Made by a program: the position numbers and the translations under genes | Source: Idiomarina loihiensis L2TR | GTDB taxonomy: Bacteria; Pseudomonadota; Gammaproteobacteria; Enterobacterales; Alteromonadaceae | Direction: 5' to 3' | NCBI RefSeq assembly: GCF_000008465.1 | Contig: NC_006512.1 | Coordinates: 1,920,001 to 1,952,000 of the forward strand | DNA length: 32,000 nucleotides | Shown: piece by piece, positions 8,227-18,850 of the stretch | How positions within the stretch are numbered: position 1 is the first letter of the stretch | How the letters are laid out: the number at the start of each line of letters is the position of its first letter | The notes under the pieces: model-generated | Databases searched by the model: none | Told to the model about the DNA's origin: nothing | Seen by the model: only the letters and a program-made list of their open reading frames with translations

Positions 8227-9240
8227 GTTTCTGGACCACAGCCCTGCACTCAGTTCAGTAACCGGCTGCTCAGCGCCTTTAGATATCCACTGAGCTAATT
8301 CATCTGCAACACTAGGCCAATATAACCGTTGCGGATTACGTTGGGTTAACCAGCTATCAATTGACACACTGTCGATTCGCTTAAGGACATGCGCCAACCC
8401 CTGCTCCTGCAGTATCTGCGCATTCCATTTTTGCTCAAACTGACCGGTCAAAGGTTTTACTGCAAGCGCTTTGCCCTGACTCAGAGCCTCGCAACTGGTT
8501 TCAAACCCCGCATTAGACAAAATAGCCGACGCCTTATTGAAGTGAGCGGCAAACTCCGCTCTCGAGGGAGGGTAACACTCAATATGACCTAAAGATTCGC
8601 GCTTTGCCAAAGGATGAAAAAAAGAAAACTCGTAATTATCTAAAGGCTGCAATTGTTCAATCACATGCCGTGGGTCTTCAAAGGGTAAATACACAACCAC
8701 ACGTTGCATTAAGCCACCACAGTTATTTTCTTCATGCCTGACCACAGGGGGAATCGCATTACCGGTTGAAAGCCAGTGCATACCGACAGGCTCTGAACAG
8801 GGCGCAAATGAAGATATCAGCTTTTTCTGCCACCAGGACAAACGCCGGAACAATTCAGGCTCTTGAAACGCATACTGACGACCCAAGCCAATACAGCGTA
8901 CTCCGGCTTTCTTAGCCGCCCAGGCGGTTACGGGTTCATAATCTGTGATCACTAAATCGTAATTTTTTACCGGTAACTTTTTTACATCCTGCCAAAACTG
9001 ACTCCAGTCGTTGTTCAGCAACGTCTTACGTCTTCGTAACCGCCCTTTTTCAGTGACAAAAGACAAACCCTGCTGCCACTGATAATCGCCGAAAACGTCC
9101 ATATCGAATAAGCCGGCAACATCACGCCCCGATATCAGGTAATCAATATCAACATTATATTTTGCAAGAGACTTTGCCATGGTGTGACAGCGACTCAGGT
9201 GACCATTACCCGTGCCCTGTATACCATAAAGAATTTTCAT
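8209..9240 (-). CDS. Glycosyltransferase (MJ1255/VC2487-like, GT-B fold)
   Basis: 343 aa. The N-terminal MKILYGIQGTGNGHLSRC motif is characteristic of this uncharacterised glycosyltransferase family. The ATGA start/stop overlap with the upstream PAP2 gene indicates an operon. Confidence 0.75.
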   Translation of the reverse strand: MKILYGIQGTGNGHLSRCHTMAKSLAKYNVDIDYLISGRDVAGLFDMDVFGDYQWQQGLSFVTEKGRLRRRKTLLNNDWSQFWQDVKKLPVKNYDLVITDYEPVTAWAAKKAGVRCIGLGRQYAFQEPELFRRLSWWQKKLISSFAPCSEPVGMHWLSTGNAIPPVVRHEENNCGGLMQRVVVYLPFEDPRHVIEQLQPLDNYEFSFFHPLAKRESLGHIECYPPSRAEFAAHFNKASAILSNAGFETSCEALSQGKALAVKPLTGQFEQKWNAQILQEQGLAHVLKRIDSVSIDSWLTQRNPQRLYWPSVADELAQWISKGAEQPVTELSAGLWSRNEKTAV

Positions 9241-9746
9241 ATAACGAACTCCGATACGACAATAGCCAGCGAAGCGCCGGCAACAATATCGCTGGGGTAA
9301 TGGACACCAACCACAACTCGGGAGGCACCAATGGCGGCAGCCCAGCCAAAACAGACTAAGCCAAGATTTGGGTAGTACTGATAGGTTACTGTAGAAAACA
9401 GAACCGCAGCTGCGGTATGGCCAGAGGGAAAACTGAATTTATCACTGGCGACAACCAAAGCGGCAAAGGATAAATTTAACTCACTGGGTCGCTGGCGCCG
9501 AAAACTGTTTTTCATTATCCAGTAAACCGGTAGCTCAAAAGCAAAGGCAAGTAACAGGTGGGCAAAATAGTCGTCGCCGGATTCGTCCAGAAGCCAGGCC
9601 ATTAATGCAATAACCAGGTAACCGTAACCGTCACCACTGCGCGACGTCAGCAGTGCAATCTGTCCGGGCAAATCCTTAGCCCGCAAACCAGAAAATAAAC
9701 AATAGCAATAGCGATCAAAACGTTGTAAATAACTGATTAGTACCAT
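9237..9746 (-). CDS. PAP2 family (acid phosphatase / lipid phosphate phosphatase) membrane protein
   Basis: 169 aa carrying the three PAP2 motifs: KxxxxRxRP (KNSFRRQRP), PSGH (FPSGHTAAA) and SRxxxxxHxxxD (SRVVVGVHYPSDIVAG). Confidence 0.85.
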   Translation of the reverse strand: MVLISYLQRFDRYCYCLFSGLRAKDLPGQIALLTSRSGDGYGYLVIALMAWLLDESGDDYFAHLLLAFAFELPVYWIMKNSFRRQRPSELNLSFAALVVASDKFSFPSGHTAAAVLFSTVTYQYYPNLGLVCFGWAAAIGASRVVVGVHYPSDIVAGASLAIVVSEFVI

Positions 9747-9940
9747 GTGGTTTAAAACCCATTTTGGCTTCAGTTGTAGCTACCTTGCCTAGCCTTTATG
9801 ACACTAAATGAGCAGTTTCGTGAAGAAAGTATGACAATGCACAAATTTTCTCCAAAACACATGCCCTCTGTCTGTTGTTTATGGCGGCCAAAACACCGAT
9901 AATATGCGGTCTTTGTTAAACACAGTATCCGGAAAGGTAA

Positions 9941-10522
9941 ATGACCGATTACTTACTGCTACTGATAGGCACCGTGCTGGTTAATAACTTTGTACTGGTG
10001 AAGTTTCTGGGTTTATGCCCCTTTATGGGCGTTTCCGGCAAGCTGGACACGGCAATAGGCATGTCAGCAGCGACCACCTTTGTGCTGACCCTGGCCTCGG
10101 TCTGTAGCTACCTGGTTAACCAATACCTACTTGAGCCGCTCGACTTAATGTCGCTGCAAACGCTCAGTTTTATTCTGGTTATTGCTGTGGTCGTACAATT
10201 TACAGAAATGGTGGTACACAAAACCAGTCCTACGCTGTATCGGTTACTGGGTATTTTCCTGCCACTTATTACCACCAACTGTGCTGTATTAGGTGTGGCT
10301 TTGCTTAACGTCAACGAGCAACACAACTTTGTGCAGTCCATTGTTTATGGCTTGGGAGCCGCTATTGGTTTCTCGCTGGTACTTATTTTGTTCTCAGCTC
10401 TGCGTGAGCGCTTAGCTGCCGCCGACGTGCCGGTAGCGTTTAAAGGTTCAGCTATTGCGATGATAACCGCAGGGCTTATGTCTCTTGCCTTTATGGGCTT
10501 TAGCGGATTGGTGAGCGCTTAA
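9941..10522 (+). CDS. rnfA: Rnf electron transport complex subunit A
   Basis: 193 aa. [32 protein letters not shown] is the canonical RnfA/RsxA N-terminus. It is first in the rnfABCDGE order. Confidence 0.95.
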   Translation: MTDYLLLLIGTVLVNNFVLVKFLGLCPFMGVSGKLDTAIGMSAATTFVLTLASVCSYLVNQYLLEPLDLMSLQTLSFILVIAVVVQFTEMVVHKTSPTLYRLLGIFLPLITTNCAVLGVALLNVNEQHNFVQSIVYGLGAAIGFSLVLILFSALRERLAAADVPVAFKGSAIAMITAGLMSLAFMGFSGLVSA

Positions 10523-11103
10523 TGAGTTTATTCGGAGCAGTTATCGCGCTGGGTATATTAGCGCTGATATTCGGAGTGATTCTTGGCTTTGCCGCGGTTA
10601 AGTTCCGCGTCGAAAGCGATCCTATTGTCGACCAAATTGATGAAATTCTGCCACAAACACAATGTGGTCAATGCGGTTACCCCGGTTGCCGACCCTACGC
10701 ACAAGCCATTGCCGACGGTGACGACATTAACAAATGTCCGCCGGGTGGCGAAGCGACCATAAAGCAGTTAGCCGATTTAATGGGCGTAGAAGCCAAGCCG
10801 CTGGATGATGCCCATGGCGAAGAAGACGTTAAAAAAGTCGCTGTTATCCGCGAGGACGAATGCATTGGTTGTACTAAATGTATTCAAGCCTGTCCGGTCG
10901 ATGCCATTTTAGGTGCAGCGAAACAAATGCACACGGTTATCGAACATGAATGCACCGGCTGCGACCTTTGTGTTGAACCTTGTCCGGTCGACTGTATCGA
11001 CATGGTAAAAGTAAAAGCAAGACCCGAAACCTGGCAATGGGATTTGGATACAGTGAAAGAGAACATAAAAGCCAATAGCATTCCGGTTAAGGTGGTGGAA
11101 TGA
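10522..11103 (+). CDS. rnfB: Rnf electron transport complex subunit B (Fe-S protein)
   Basis: 193 aa with an N-terminal TM helix, a [13 protein letters not shown] cluster motif and two 4Fe-4S ferredoxin motifs ([24 protein letters not shown]). Confidence 0.95.
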   Translation: MSLFGAVIALGILALIFGVILGFAAVKFRVESDPIVDQIDEILPQTQCGQCGYPGCRPYAQAIADGDDINKCPPGGEATIKQLADLMGVEAKPLDDAHGEEDVKKVAVIREDECIGCTKCIQACPVDAILGAAKQMHTVIEHECTGCDLCVEPCPVDCIDMVKVKARPETWQWDLDTVKENIKANSIPVKVVE

Positions 11104-12770
11104 GCGACGTGCAGGCAAACAAACATGACTTTAGCGCCAATGTGATAGGCCACTTCCCGGGCGGCGTTCATCCTCCTGAACGCAAGCACCCGGCCAGCAG
11201 CCAGCCCATTCGTAAACTTAAGTTACCGCAAGAGCTGATTTTGCCGGTGCGCCAGCACATTGGGCCTTCCGGTAAGGTTTTGGTTAAGGTCGGCGAGCGC
11301 GTCGATAAAGGCCAGCGTTTAACTGAAGCAGGGTTAAGTCAAGGATTACCCTTGCACGCTCCAACTTCTGGCACCATTGCCGCCATTGAAGAGCGCCCTA
11401 CAGCACATGCATCGGGCTTGCCGGAACAGGCTATTGTCATTCACCCGGACGGCGAAAACCGCTGGGGAAATAAGCACGCACTGCCCGATTATCATGACGT
11501 TGAAATTTCACGCTTACTGGAACTGATTCAGGAAGCTGGTATTGCTGGTTTAGGTGGTGCAGGTTTTCCTACCGCTCAAAAGCTGGCACAACAAAAGCCT
11601 CTGAGACACCTTATTATAAACGGGGTTGAGTGCGAACCTTACATTGCCGCAGACGATCGCTTAATGCAGGAACACGCCGATGACATTATTGCCGGCATTC
11701 GTATTTTACAGTACATCACCCGTTGCGACTCGGTTCTGCTAGCTATTGAAGATAATAAGCCTGAGGCCATAAAGGCCATGGCAGAAGCCATTGACGACAA
11801 CCCGCAAATACAGCTTAAGGTAGTGCCCACCAAATACCCTTCGGGTGGGGAAAAACAACTGATTGAACTGCTTACCGGGCATCAGGTACCGAGTGGCAAG
11901 TTGCCGATGGATATCGGTTTATTGATGCAAAACGTCGGCACAGCTTATGCCGTTAAACGGGCAATTATCCATGGTGAACCATTATTAGAGCGCGTGGTTA
12001 CCCTGACCGGCGAGTCTCTGCAACAACGGGGCAACGTGTGGGCCTTATTAGGAACGCCAATTCAACACTTGCTGGATGAGTCAGGTTTTACCCCGGAGAA
12101 AAAGCAACGCATTATTATGGGCGGGCCAATGATGGGCTTTACCCTGCCTATTACGGAAGTGCCGGTCATAAAAACCACTAACTGTGTTCTGGCACCTACT
12201 GAGAAGGAACTTCCTTCTCCCGGACCTGAACTGGCCTGTATTCGATGCGGCGCCTGTGCCGATGCCTGCCCGGCAACATTACAGCCGCAGCAGTTGCAAT
12301 GGTTGGCCAAAGCCAAAGACTACGAGTCACTGGAAAAACACAACTTGTTCGACTGCATTGAATGCGGTGCCTGCGCTTATGTCTGCCCCAGCGAAATTCC
12401 ACTGGTGCATTACTACCGTAAGGCCAAAGCCGAAGTGCGTAATATTGCCCGGGAAAAAGCTAAGGCGGAACAAGCCCGTAAGCGTTTCGAAGCAAGACAG
12501 GAACGGCTGGAGCGTGAAAAAGAAGAACGCTTAGAGCGTCACAGAAAAGCCGCCGAAGAGCGCAAGAAAATGCAGCAGGAAATGCAACAAGAAGCGCAGC
12601 AGAAAAACAGCGACGAACCGGGAAGTAAAGCGGAAGAAAGCACTGAGAAACCAGCCGGTAAATCAGCTGCGGTTGCAGCCGCTATTGCCCGTGCTAAAGC
12701 TAAAAAGGCCGCTCAGGCTGCTAAAGAAAGCCCGGAAGAAAGCAACTCAGCCAAAGGAAGTGAGTCATGA
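11100..12770 (+). CDS. rnfC: Rnf electron transport complex subunit C
   Basis: 556 aa with a GLGGAGFPT nucleotide-binding motif, two ferredoxin motifs ([24 protein letters not shown]) and a K/E/A-rich C-terminal tail. Its start overlaps the rnfB stop. Confidence 0.95.
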   Translation: MSDVQANKHDFSANVIGHFPGGVHPPERKHPASSQPIRKLKLPQELILPVRQHIGPSGKVLVKVGERVDKGQRLTEAGLSQGLPLHAPTSGTIAAIEERPTAHASGLPEQAIVIHPDGENRWGNKHALPDYHDVEISRLLELIQEAGIAGLGGAGFPTAQKLAQQKPLRHLIINGVECEPYIAADDRLMQEHADDIIAGIRILQYITRCDSVLLAIEDNKPEAIKAMAEAIDDNPQIQLKVVPTKYPSGGEKQLIELLTGHQVPSGKLPMDIGLLMQNVGTAYAVKRAIIHGEPLLERVVTLTGESLQQRGNVWALLGTPIQHLLDESGFTPEKKQRIIMGGPMMGFTLPITEVPVIKTTNCVLAPTEKELPSPGPELACIRCGACADACPATLQPQQLQWLAKAKDYESLEKHNLFDCIECGACAYVCPSEIPLVHYYRKAKAEVRNIAREKAKAEQARKRFEARQERLEREKEERLERHRKAAEERKKMQQEMQQEAQQKNSDEPGSKAEESTEKPAGKSAAVAAAIARAKAKKAAQAAKESPEESNSAKGSES

Positions 12771-13819
12771 GTTTCAGAATTGCATCGTCACCCCATGGGC
12801 ATAACCAGCGCAACACCAGCGAGATGATGCGCTGGGTTTGTTATGCACTGGTTCCCGGCGTACTGTTGCACAGCTACTTTTTTGGTTCCGGTATCTGGTT
12901 TCAAATTCTTCTGGCCGTGGTTACTGCAATTGCCGCCGAAATGGCCTGCACCGTAGCCCGGGAGCGTCCGGCATTTTCAGCCTTGCGCGACAATACTGCC
13001 ATAGTTACCGCCGTTTTACTGGCAATTAGCATTCCGTCATTAGCGCCCTGGTGGATCATCGTTATAGGGACGTTATTCGCCATTGTCGTGGTCAAACATG
13101 TTTATGGTGGCATGGGGCAAAACTTATTTAACCCGGCCATGGCTGGTTATGTGCTTCTGCTGGTGTCATTCCCGGTACAAATGACCAACTGGTTACCGGT
13201 TTCAGCTATTAGTGAGCATTCGCTTAACTTATGGCAAACGTTGCACACCATATTGTTTGAATACACGCCAGCAGGCTACAGCGTTGAGCAGCTCCGTTCC
13301 GGTATCGATGGCGTCACCATGGCAACCCCTCTCGACAGTATAAAAACCGGACTGACTCAGGGTTATACACTAACTGAAATTTATCAGCGCCCAGAATTCA
13401 GTTACTTTGCCGGTGCCGGCTGGCAGTGGATAAACCTGGGCTTTTTCGTCGGTGGGTTACTCTTAATTCAGCAACGTATTATCAGCTGGCACATTCCACT
13501 CGGCTTTCTTGGTGGTCTTTGTATACCCGCATTTATCGCGCATATTTTCGCCCCGGACCTGATGCCCGGACCTATCGTTCACGCCTTAAGCGGAGCAACA
13601 ATGTTAGGTGCCTTCTTTATTGCCACTGATCCGGTATCTGCGGCTACCTCTAATCGTGGACGGGTTATATTTGGCTTGCTTATTGGCTTCTTAATTTTTG
13701 TTATTCGCAGCTGGGGCGGCTACCCGGATGCAGTCGCCTTTGCTGTGTTGCTTGCCAATATGTGTGTACCGCTTATAGACCGTTACACGCGGCCTGTTGT
13801 ATACGGACACGGAGACTGA
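12767..13819 (+). CDS. rnfD: Rnf electron transport complex subunit D
   Basis: 350 aa polytopic membrane protein. It has the N-terminal SSPH motif and the FMN-attachment region (LSGATMLGAFFIATDPVS) typical of RnfD/NqrB. Confidence 0.93.
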   Translation: MSFRIASSPHGHNQRNTSEMMRWVCYALVPGVLLHSYFFGSGIWFQILLAVVTAIAAEMACTVARERPAFSALRDNTAIVTAVLLAISIPSLAPWWIIVIGTLFAIVVVKHVYGGMGQNLFNPAMAGYVLLLVSFPVQMTNWLPVSAISEHSLNLWQTLHTILFEYTPAGYSVEQLRSGIDGVTMATPLDSIKTGLTQGYTLTEIYQRPEFSYFAGAGWQWINLGFFVGGLLLIQQRIISWHIPLGFLGGLCIPAFIAHIFAPDLMPGPIVHALSGATMLGAFFIATDPVSAATSNRGRVIFGLLIGFLIFVIRSWGGYPDAVAFAVLLANMCVPLIDRYTRPVVYGHGD

Positions 13820-13820
13820 A

Positions 13821-14462
13821 ATGACGCTGAACAGTATGCAAAAAAACGGTTTATTGTTGGCGGCATTCGCAGTTGTTGCCACGTCTCTGGTTATTGGTGT
13901 GCAGGTGCTGACCGAAGACAAAATTGCCATGCAGCAGCAACAGCAGGTATTGCGCACCTTGAACCAGCTGATACCACCGACCATGCACGACAACGACTTG
14001 TATCAGTCCTGTCGTTTACTGGAGAATCCGGCATTAGGCAGCAGCAAGCCGCAACCCTTGTACCGCGCCTGGGTTAACGAAGAGCCAACTGCGCTGGCAG
14101 CAGAAGTTATTGCACCCGACGGCTACTCCGGCGCTATTCGTTTATTAGTGGCCATTAAACCCGGCGGGGAAGTCCTGGGCGTGAGAACTCTGCGCCATCA
14201 GGAAACCCCCGGTTTAGGCGACAAAATTGAAGTTGAAAAAAGCGACTGGATAAAAAGCTTTGCTGAGAAGCAAGTTCGCGGCGCAGACGATGACCGCTGG
14301 GCGGTGCAACGCGACGGCGGCATGTTTGATCAGTTTACCGGCGCCACCATTACGCCTCGCGCCGTGGTTTCGGCAGTAAAACGTGCGACTTTAGAACTTC
14401 AGCAACAAGCTGACGTTCTATTTAATGCCGACTTACCTCACTGTCAGGAGGTTCAGGAATGA
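13821..14462 (+). CDS. rnfG: Rnf electron transport complex subunit G
   Basis: FMN-binding domain protein with the ETPGLGDK and [14 protein letters not shown] motifs. I prefer the ATG at 13821, with GGAG 7 nt upstream and directly after the rnfD stop, over the track start at 13797. Confidence 0.9.
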   Translation: MTLNSMQKNGLLLAAFAVVATSLVIGVQVLTEDKIAMQQQQQVLRTLNQLIPPTMHDNDLYQSCRLLENPALGSSKPQPLYRAWVNEEPTALAAEVIAPDGYSGAIRLLVAIKPGGEVLGVRTLRHQETPGLGDKIEVEKSDWIKSFAEKQVRGADDDRWAVQRDGGMFDQFTGATITPRAVVSAVKRATLELQQQADVLFNADLPHCQEVQE

Positions 14463-15139
14463 ATGAATACAAACACTTAACCAAGCAAGGCTTATGGGAC
14501 AATAACCCAGCATTAGTTCAGCTATTAGGCTTATGCCCTTTATTAGCAGTTACCGCTTCGGTGACCAATGCGCTGGGTCTTGGGCTGGCCACCTTGTTTG
14601 TTCTGGTTGGCTCTAACATTACCGTGTCTCTGGTACGCGAATTTGTGCCATCGGAAATTCGTATTCCGGTCTTTGTTATGGTTATCGCCACTTTTGTCAC
14701 CATTATTCAGTTGTTGATGAATGCGTATGTCTTTCAGCTTTACCAGTCACTGGGTATTTTCATTCCGCTCATTGTGACCAACTGTGCCATTATTGGCCGC
14801 GCCGAAGCTTACGCTTCGAAAAACCCATGGCAACGGGCCGCCTTCGATGGGTTGGCAATGGGCGCAGGCTTTGCCTTAGTACTGGTTGTGCTGGGCGCAA
14901 TGCGCGAAATTATCGGTAACGGCACGCTGTTTAATGGCGCAGAACTCTTGTTAGGTGACTGGGCTGCACAATTGCGAATTGAGCTATTCACGGTGAATTA
15001 CCCATTATTGCTGGCGATACTGCCACCCGGAGCCTTTATTGGTATGGGTTTTATTATTGCGTTGAAAAATAAAATTGATGCAGTACGCAGCGCCCGCGCT
15101 GAAAAGAAAACCGTTACCCGTGCACGGGTTACTGCCTGA
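14459..15139 (+). CDS. rnfE: Rnf electron transport complex subunit E
   Basis: 226 aa. [22 protein letters not shown] and [18 protein letters not shown] are canonical RnfE/NqrD-like motifs. ATGA overlap with rnfG. Confidence 0.95.
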   Translation: MNEYKHLTKQGLWDNNPALVQLLGLCPLLAVTASVTNALGLGLATLFVLVGSNITVSLVREFVPSEIRIPVFVMVIATFVTIIQLLMNAYVFQLYQSLGIFIPLIVTNCAIIGRAEAYASKNPWQRAAFDGLAMGAGFALVLVVLGAMREIIGNGTLFNGAELLLGDWAAQLRIELFTVNYPLLLAILPPGAFIGMGFIIALKNKIDAVRSARAEKKTVTRARVTA

Positions 15140-15164
15140 AAAATATAACAACAAATGACTTATT

Positions 15165-15800
15165 ATGAATAAAACCAAGCGTTACGAAATTTTAAGCCGA
15201 CTACGGGACAACAACCCCAACCCAACCACAGAACTGGAATATGACTCACCTTTTCAGTTACTGATTGCGGTCTTGTTATCCGCTCAGGCTACCGACGTTG
15301 GTGTTAATAAAGCCACTCGTAAGCTCTTTCCCGCAGCACCTACCGCAGAAACAATGCTAGCTCTGGGTGTGGATGGCATAAAAGAATACATAAAAACCAT
15401 CGGCCTGTTTAATTCCAAAGCCGAAAACGCTTACAAAACCTGCAAAATTCTGGTTCAAGAATATGGCGGCGAAGTACCGGAAGACAGAGCTGCACTGGAA
15501 GCCCTGCCTGGTGTTGGTCGTAAAACCGCAAACGTGGTGTTAAATACCGCCTTCGGCTGGCCGACTATTGCCGTAGACACGCACATATTCCGCGTGTCTA
15601 ACCGCACCAAACTGGCACCGGGAAAAAACGTCAAAGAAGTAGAAGAAAAACTGATAAAAGTGGTACCGGCTGAGTTTAAGGTCGATGTGCACCACTGGTT
15701 AATTTTGCACGGCCGTTACACCTGCATAGCCCGCAAGCCACGTTGTGGTTCCTGCGTTATTGAAGACTTGTGCGAGTTTAAAGAAAAAACCAGCGATTGA
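15165..15800 (+). CDS. nth: Endonuclease III (DNA glycosylase / AP lyase)
   Basis: 211 aa with the HhH-GPD motif LPGVGRKTANVVL, the catalytic region VDTHIFRV and the C-terminal 4Fe-4S loop Cx6CxxCx5C (CIARKPRCGSCVIEDLC). It sits immediately after rnfE, as in E. coli rsx-nth. Confidence 0.96.
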   Translation: MNKTKRYEILSRLRDNNPNPTTELEYDSPFQLLIAVLLSAQATDVGVNKATRKLFPAAPTAETMLALGVDGIKEYIKTIGLFNSKAENAYKTCKILVQEYGGEVPEDRAALEALPGVGRKTANVVLNTAFGWPTIAVDTHIFRVSNRTKLAPGKNVKEVEEKLIKVVPAEFKVDVHHWLILHGRYTCIARKPRCGSCVIEDLCEFKEKTSD

Positions 15801-15817
15801 GCTTATTACAGCTCAAT
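15796..15817. terminator. Hairpin shared by the convergent nth and motY 3' ends
   Basis: ATTGAGCT (15796-15803), loop TATTAC, AGCTCAAT (15810-15817). It spans both stop codons. No T-run. Confidence 0.3.
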
Positions 15818-16702
15818 CGACGACGGTTTTGTCAGTTGCACAATAACGCGGCGGTTAATCTGACGGTTTATCTCATTGTCATTGGATTTAACCGGACGAT
15901 CTTCACCGTGAGCAACGGTTTTAATCCGCTCGGCGTCTATACCACGCTCAACAAAAAACTGCTGAATTTCTTTCGCGCGCTGTTCGGTTAATTCCTGGTT
16001 CGGCCCACGCGCACCAAGCGAGTCAGTATAGGCATCCACCAGAACCAGTTCCAGCTCATTATCCACCTGAAGATAATCGCTAATCTGTTTAAGCTTTCGC
16101 TGCGAGGACAAAGTCAGCTTTTCGCTGTCGGCTTCATGGTTAAGCACCGTGTACGCAATATCATCAAAGCTGAAAGGCAATAACGCATTTACGCAGCTCA
16201 TAAAGTCATCATAAGTACGACGAAAATTCACCGACGACAAAGACACTGCCACCTGATCACGGTTGTTGTACCAGTCATCATAGAAAAACGTGGGATACCG
16301 CCCTTTCTCCAGCTCGCTTAACAAAGTCCATGCCAGTTGTTTTTGCAGCTCACCATCAAACTGCTTATACAGTTGCATATTACCAATGCGGTAACTGGAC
16401 TCACCGGGCTGCCAGCGCGGCGGCACCGACTCAATAGCAGACACACCATAGCTGTCCGGTAACTTCTGCATCTCCATTTTCATGCGCAAATTGAGCTCTT
16501 TGCTGGCTTCACTTTGAAACCGCACCTTACCGTAACGAGGAATTTCATGTTCCATCTCACAGGCTAAGCGGTTCTTTTCACTGATCTGCCAGGCGGAGTT
16601 ATCCAGGTTTGCACTGTAGTGCCTGACTGAGTTTGCTTGTGCCTGCCCGCTTAATAGCAGCAGCGAGGCTGAAACAGCAGTCAACATCGGCCAATTTTTC
16701 AT
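15806..16702 (-). CDS. motY: Sodium-type flagellar motor protein MotY (OmpA-like C-terminal domain)
   Basis: Colinear with Vibrio MotY as I recall it: LSELEKGRYPTFFYDDW, SSVNFRRTYDDFMSCVNALLPFSFDDIAYTVLNHE, and a C-terminal OmpA-like NRRVIV motif. I prefer the ATG at 16702, which gives the signal peptide MKNWPMLTAVSASLLLLSGQAQA, over the track start at 16747. Confidence 0.88.
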   Translation of the reverse strand: MKNWPMLTAVSASLLLLSGQAQANSVRHYSANLDNSAWQISEKNRLACEMEHEIPRYGKVRFQSEASKELNLRMKMEMQKLPDSYGVSAIESVPPRWQPGESSYRIGNMQLYKQFDGELQKQLAWTLLSELEKGRYPTFFYDDWYNNRDQVAVSLSSVNFRRTYDDFMSCVNALLPFSFDDIAYTVLNHEADSEKLTLSSQRKLKQISDYLQVDNELELVLVDAYTDSLGARGPNQELTEQRAKEIQQFFVERGIDAERIKTVAHGEDRPVKSNDNEINRQINRRVIVQLTKPSSIEL

Positions 16703-16830
16703 AAGCGCCCCTGATTTATTTCTGATACGTCTGTTATCGGCAAGCATTGCGGTTGCTTTAGTATTTCTGCAAGCAGAACTCCGTTATCTTTGGCATAATG
16801 GCGTTATGTTTTATTCACTACGGAAATTCT

Positions 16831-17478
16831 ATGTCAGACAGCTCTAACTCGCTTATGAAACAACGTTTTCGCGGCTACATGCCGGTAGTCGTCGATGTCG
16901 AAACAGCGGGGTTTAACGCAAAAACCGATGCGTTACTGGAAATAGCTGCAGTCTTGCTGGATTTCGATGACGACGGAATACTCAAGCCGGTCGACTCGGT
17001 TCATTACCACGTAAAACCTTTCGAAGGTGCCAACATTGAACAGGCAGCTATCGACTTTAACGGCATTGATCCGCACTGCCCCTTGCGCGGCGCCGTAGAG
17101 GAAGGTGAAGCGCTGCGTGAGCTTTTCAAGCCTATACGAAAAGCGCAGAAAGCTGCAGGTTGTCAGCGGAGTGTTTTAGTGGGACATAACTCAAACTTTG
17201 ATCACGGCTTTATGATGGCCGCCGCTGAGCGTGCCAATTTAAAACGTAACCCGTTTCATCCTTTTGTCAGTTTTGACACCACGTCGCTTGCGGCAATGAC
17301 CTTAGGGCAAACTGTACTGATTAAAGCATGCCAGGCAGCCGGTATTGAGTTTGACAGCAAACAAGCACACTCAGCCTTGTATGACACCGAACGCACCGCA
17401 GAGCTCTATTGCTGGATGATTAACCGCTGGAAGGAATTGGGTGGCTGGCCGCCGGAATCGCGTCAGGATAAAAGTTAA
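16831..17478 (+). CDS. rnt: Ribonuclease T
   Basis: [40 protein letters not shown] ... [27 protein letters not shown] ... [15 protein letters not shown] is colinear with E. coli RNase T (DEDDh exonuclease motifs). The start at 16831 matches the E. coli N-terminus; the track start at 16798 is probably too long. Confidence 0.95.
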   Translation: MSDSSNSLMKQRFRGYMPVVVDVETAGFNAKTDALLEIAAVLLDFDDDGILKPVDSVHYHVKPFEGANIEQAAIDFNGIDPHCPLRGAVEEGEALRELFKPIRKAQKAAGCQRSVLVGHNSNFDHGFMMAAAERANLKRNPFHPFVSFDTTSLAAMTLGQTVLIKACQAAGIEFDSKQAHSALYDTERTAELYCWMINRWKELGGWPPESRQDKS

Positions 17479-17506
17479 CTTTACATACGAAATTCAGACA
17501 TAAAAA

Positions 17507-17530
17507 AGCCGCTCAAACGAGCGGCTTTCT
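17507..17530. terminator. Bidirectional rho-independent terminator between rnt and the peroxiredoxin gene
   Basis: AGCCGCTC (17507-17514), loop AAAC, GAGCGGCT (17519-17526). It is flanked by an A-run on the left and TTTCT on the right. Confidence 0.75.
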
Positions 17531-17545
17531 CAATTCAGTAAACGC

Positions 17546-18151
17546 TTACAGTTTGTCAGCGTTTTTAGACAAGTAAGAAGCAACGCCTTCTGCGTTTTCT
17601 TTCATGCCTTCTTTACCTTCTTCCCAGCCTGCTGGGCAAACTTCACCGTGCTTCTCGTGGAAGTTCAGTGCGTCAACCATACGCAGCATCTCGTCGATGT
17701 TACGGCCTAATGGCAAGTCGTTAACTACCTGGTGACGAACCATGCCTTCTTCATCAATTAAGAATGAACCACGGAACGCAACGCCAGCTTGTGGGTGTTC
17801 AACGTCGTACGCTTTACAAATGCTGTGACGAACGTCAGCAACCAACGGGTATTTCACCTGACCAATACCACCAGCGTCGGTTGACGTATTACGCCATGCG
17901 CTGTGAGTAAACTGAGAGTCAATTGATACACCGATGACTTCTACGCCACGTTTTTTGAATTCGTCTAAACGTTTGTCAAAAGCAATTAGCTCTGAAGGAC
18001 ATACGAAAGTGAAGTCCAACGGATAGAAGAAAACCACTGCTTTTTTGCCTTTGATGGCATCAGACAGTTTGAAATCTTCAACAATTTCACCTGAACCTAA
18101 TACTGCTGCTGCAGTAAAATCAGGTGCCTTACGACCTACTAATACAGACAT
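17546..18151 (-). CDS. Typical 2-Cys peroxiredoxin (AhpC/Prx1 subfamily)
   Basis: 201 aa. Peroxidatic Cys in FFYPLDFTFVCPSE, resolving Cys in GEVCPAGW. GGAGAG SD. Confidence 0.93.
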   Translation of the reverse strand: MSVLVGRKAPDFTAAAVLGSGEIVEDFKLSDAIKGKKAVVFFYPLDFTFVCPSELIAFDKRLDEFKKRGVEVIGVSIDSQFTHSAWRNTSTDAGGIGQVKYPLVADVRHSICKAYDVEHPQAGVAFRGSFLIDEEGMVRHQVVNDLPLGRNIDEMLRMVDALNFHEKHGEVCPAGWEEGKEGMKENAEGVASYLSKNADKL

Positions 18152-18310
18152 CGATTCTCTCCATTTAATGTTGAGTGTGTTAAATCTTCACCTGTAGTGA
18201 TGGGGATGCCTCAACGAAAAAACAAGGTCACTCACGACATTCACTACAGACTGTCTACTATTTGCTTAAATTCTATTCAGCTGAAGGCTACTTATTCCGC
18301 TGAAGGCTCT

Positions 18311-18649
18311 TTATTCAGCCGAAGGCTCCGGATGACGCTCTGCAACTTCAGAAACCAATTCTTGCAGTTCGCCGTTCTGGAACATTTCCATAATAATATC
18401 ACAACCGCCAACCAGTTCACCCTCAACCCAAAGCTGCGGGAAAGTCGGCCAGTTTGCGTATTTAGGCAATTCTGCACGGATATCCGGGTTTTGCAGGATA
18501 TCGACGTAAGCAAACGCCTGCCCACAGCCCATTAAGGCTTGTGATGCTTGTGAAGAGAAACCACAGCTAGGCAACTTCGGAGAGCCTTTCATGTACAACA
18601 GGATTGGGTTTTCTTCGATTTGCTGCTTAATTCTGTCAACCGTTTCCAT
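18311..18649 (-). CDS. grxD: Monothiol glutaredoxin (Grx4 family, CGFS type)
   Basis: 112 aa with the YMKGSPKLPSCGFS active site and WPTFPQLWVEGELVGGCDI, typical of GrxD. Confidence 0.95.
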   Translation of the reverse strand: METVDRIKQQIEENPILLYMKGSPKLPSCGFSSQASQALMGCGQAFAYVDILQNPDIRAELPKYANWPTFPQLWVEGELVGGCDIIMEMFQNGELQELVSEVAERHPEPSAE

Positions 18650-18850
18650 AACACCTCTGCTTAATATAATGGTTGATTAAAACACTCAGGTATTTTAACA
18701 CAGCCTATAAAGTTTTGTCCTAAATTGGAAGATTTCCTTGAAAAGCAATCCAGTCAGCCCTATATATCGTAAGGTATAACAAGAAAAAACCTGCGCAAGT
18801 TAATGTGCAGGTCGAACATTTGCACTCATAAAGAACGGAGAGAAAAAATT

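Noticed and set aside
7989-8249. 86-aa ORF on the minus strand in the track
   Set aside because: It lies entirely across the two tRNA-Asn genes and the terminator. The internal repeat in its translation (APQVGFEPTTHGLTVHRSNQLSYWG, twice) is simply the tRNA duplication read in antisense.
12480-12770. K/E/A/Q-rich low-complexity tail of RnfC, as a possible separate or repeat-encoded feature
   Set aside because: Variable charged C-terminal extensions are a known property of RnfC/RsxC proteins. The region is in frame and shows no nucleotide-level tandem repeat by eye.
10108-15000. Numerous 60-116-aa ORFs inside or antisense to rnfA-E (e.g. 10108-10341, 10884-11189, 12184-12534, 13691-13993, 14518-14703)
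   Set aside because: All are nested in the conserved rnf reading frames and are Cys/Arg/Ser-rich, as is typical of out-of-frame translation.
18197-18535. ORFs 18197-18535 (+) and 18292-18525 (-)
   Set aside because: They overlap the strongly supported grxD frame in other frames and have no recognisable motifs.
18650-18850. A Fur box or RyhB-type control element in the divergent grxD/sodB region; also the hairpin CCTGCGCA-AGTTAA-TGTGCAGG at about 18790-18811
   Set aside because: The best Fur-box-like stretch (TATAATGGTTGATTAAAAC) matches only about half of the 19-bp consensus. The hairpin is short and its position relative to the unknown transcription start cannot be judged.
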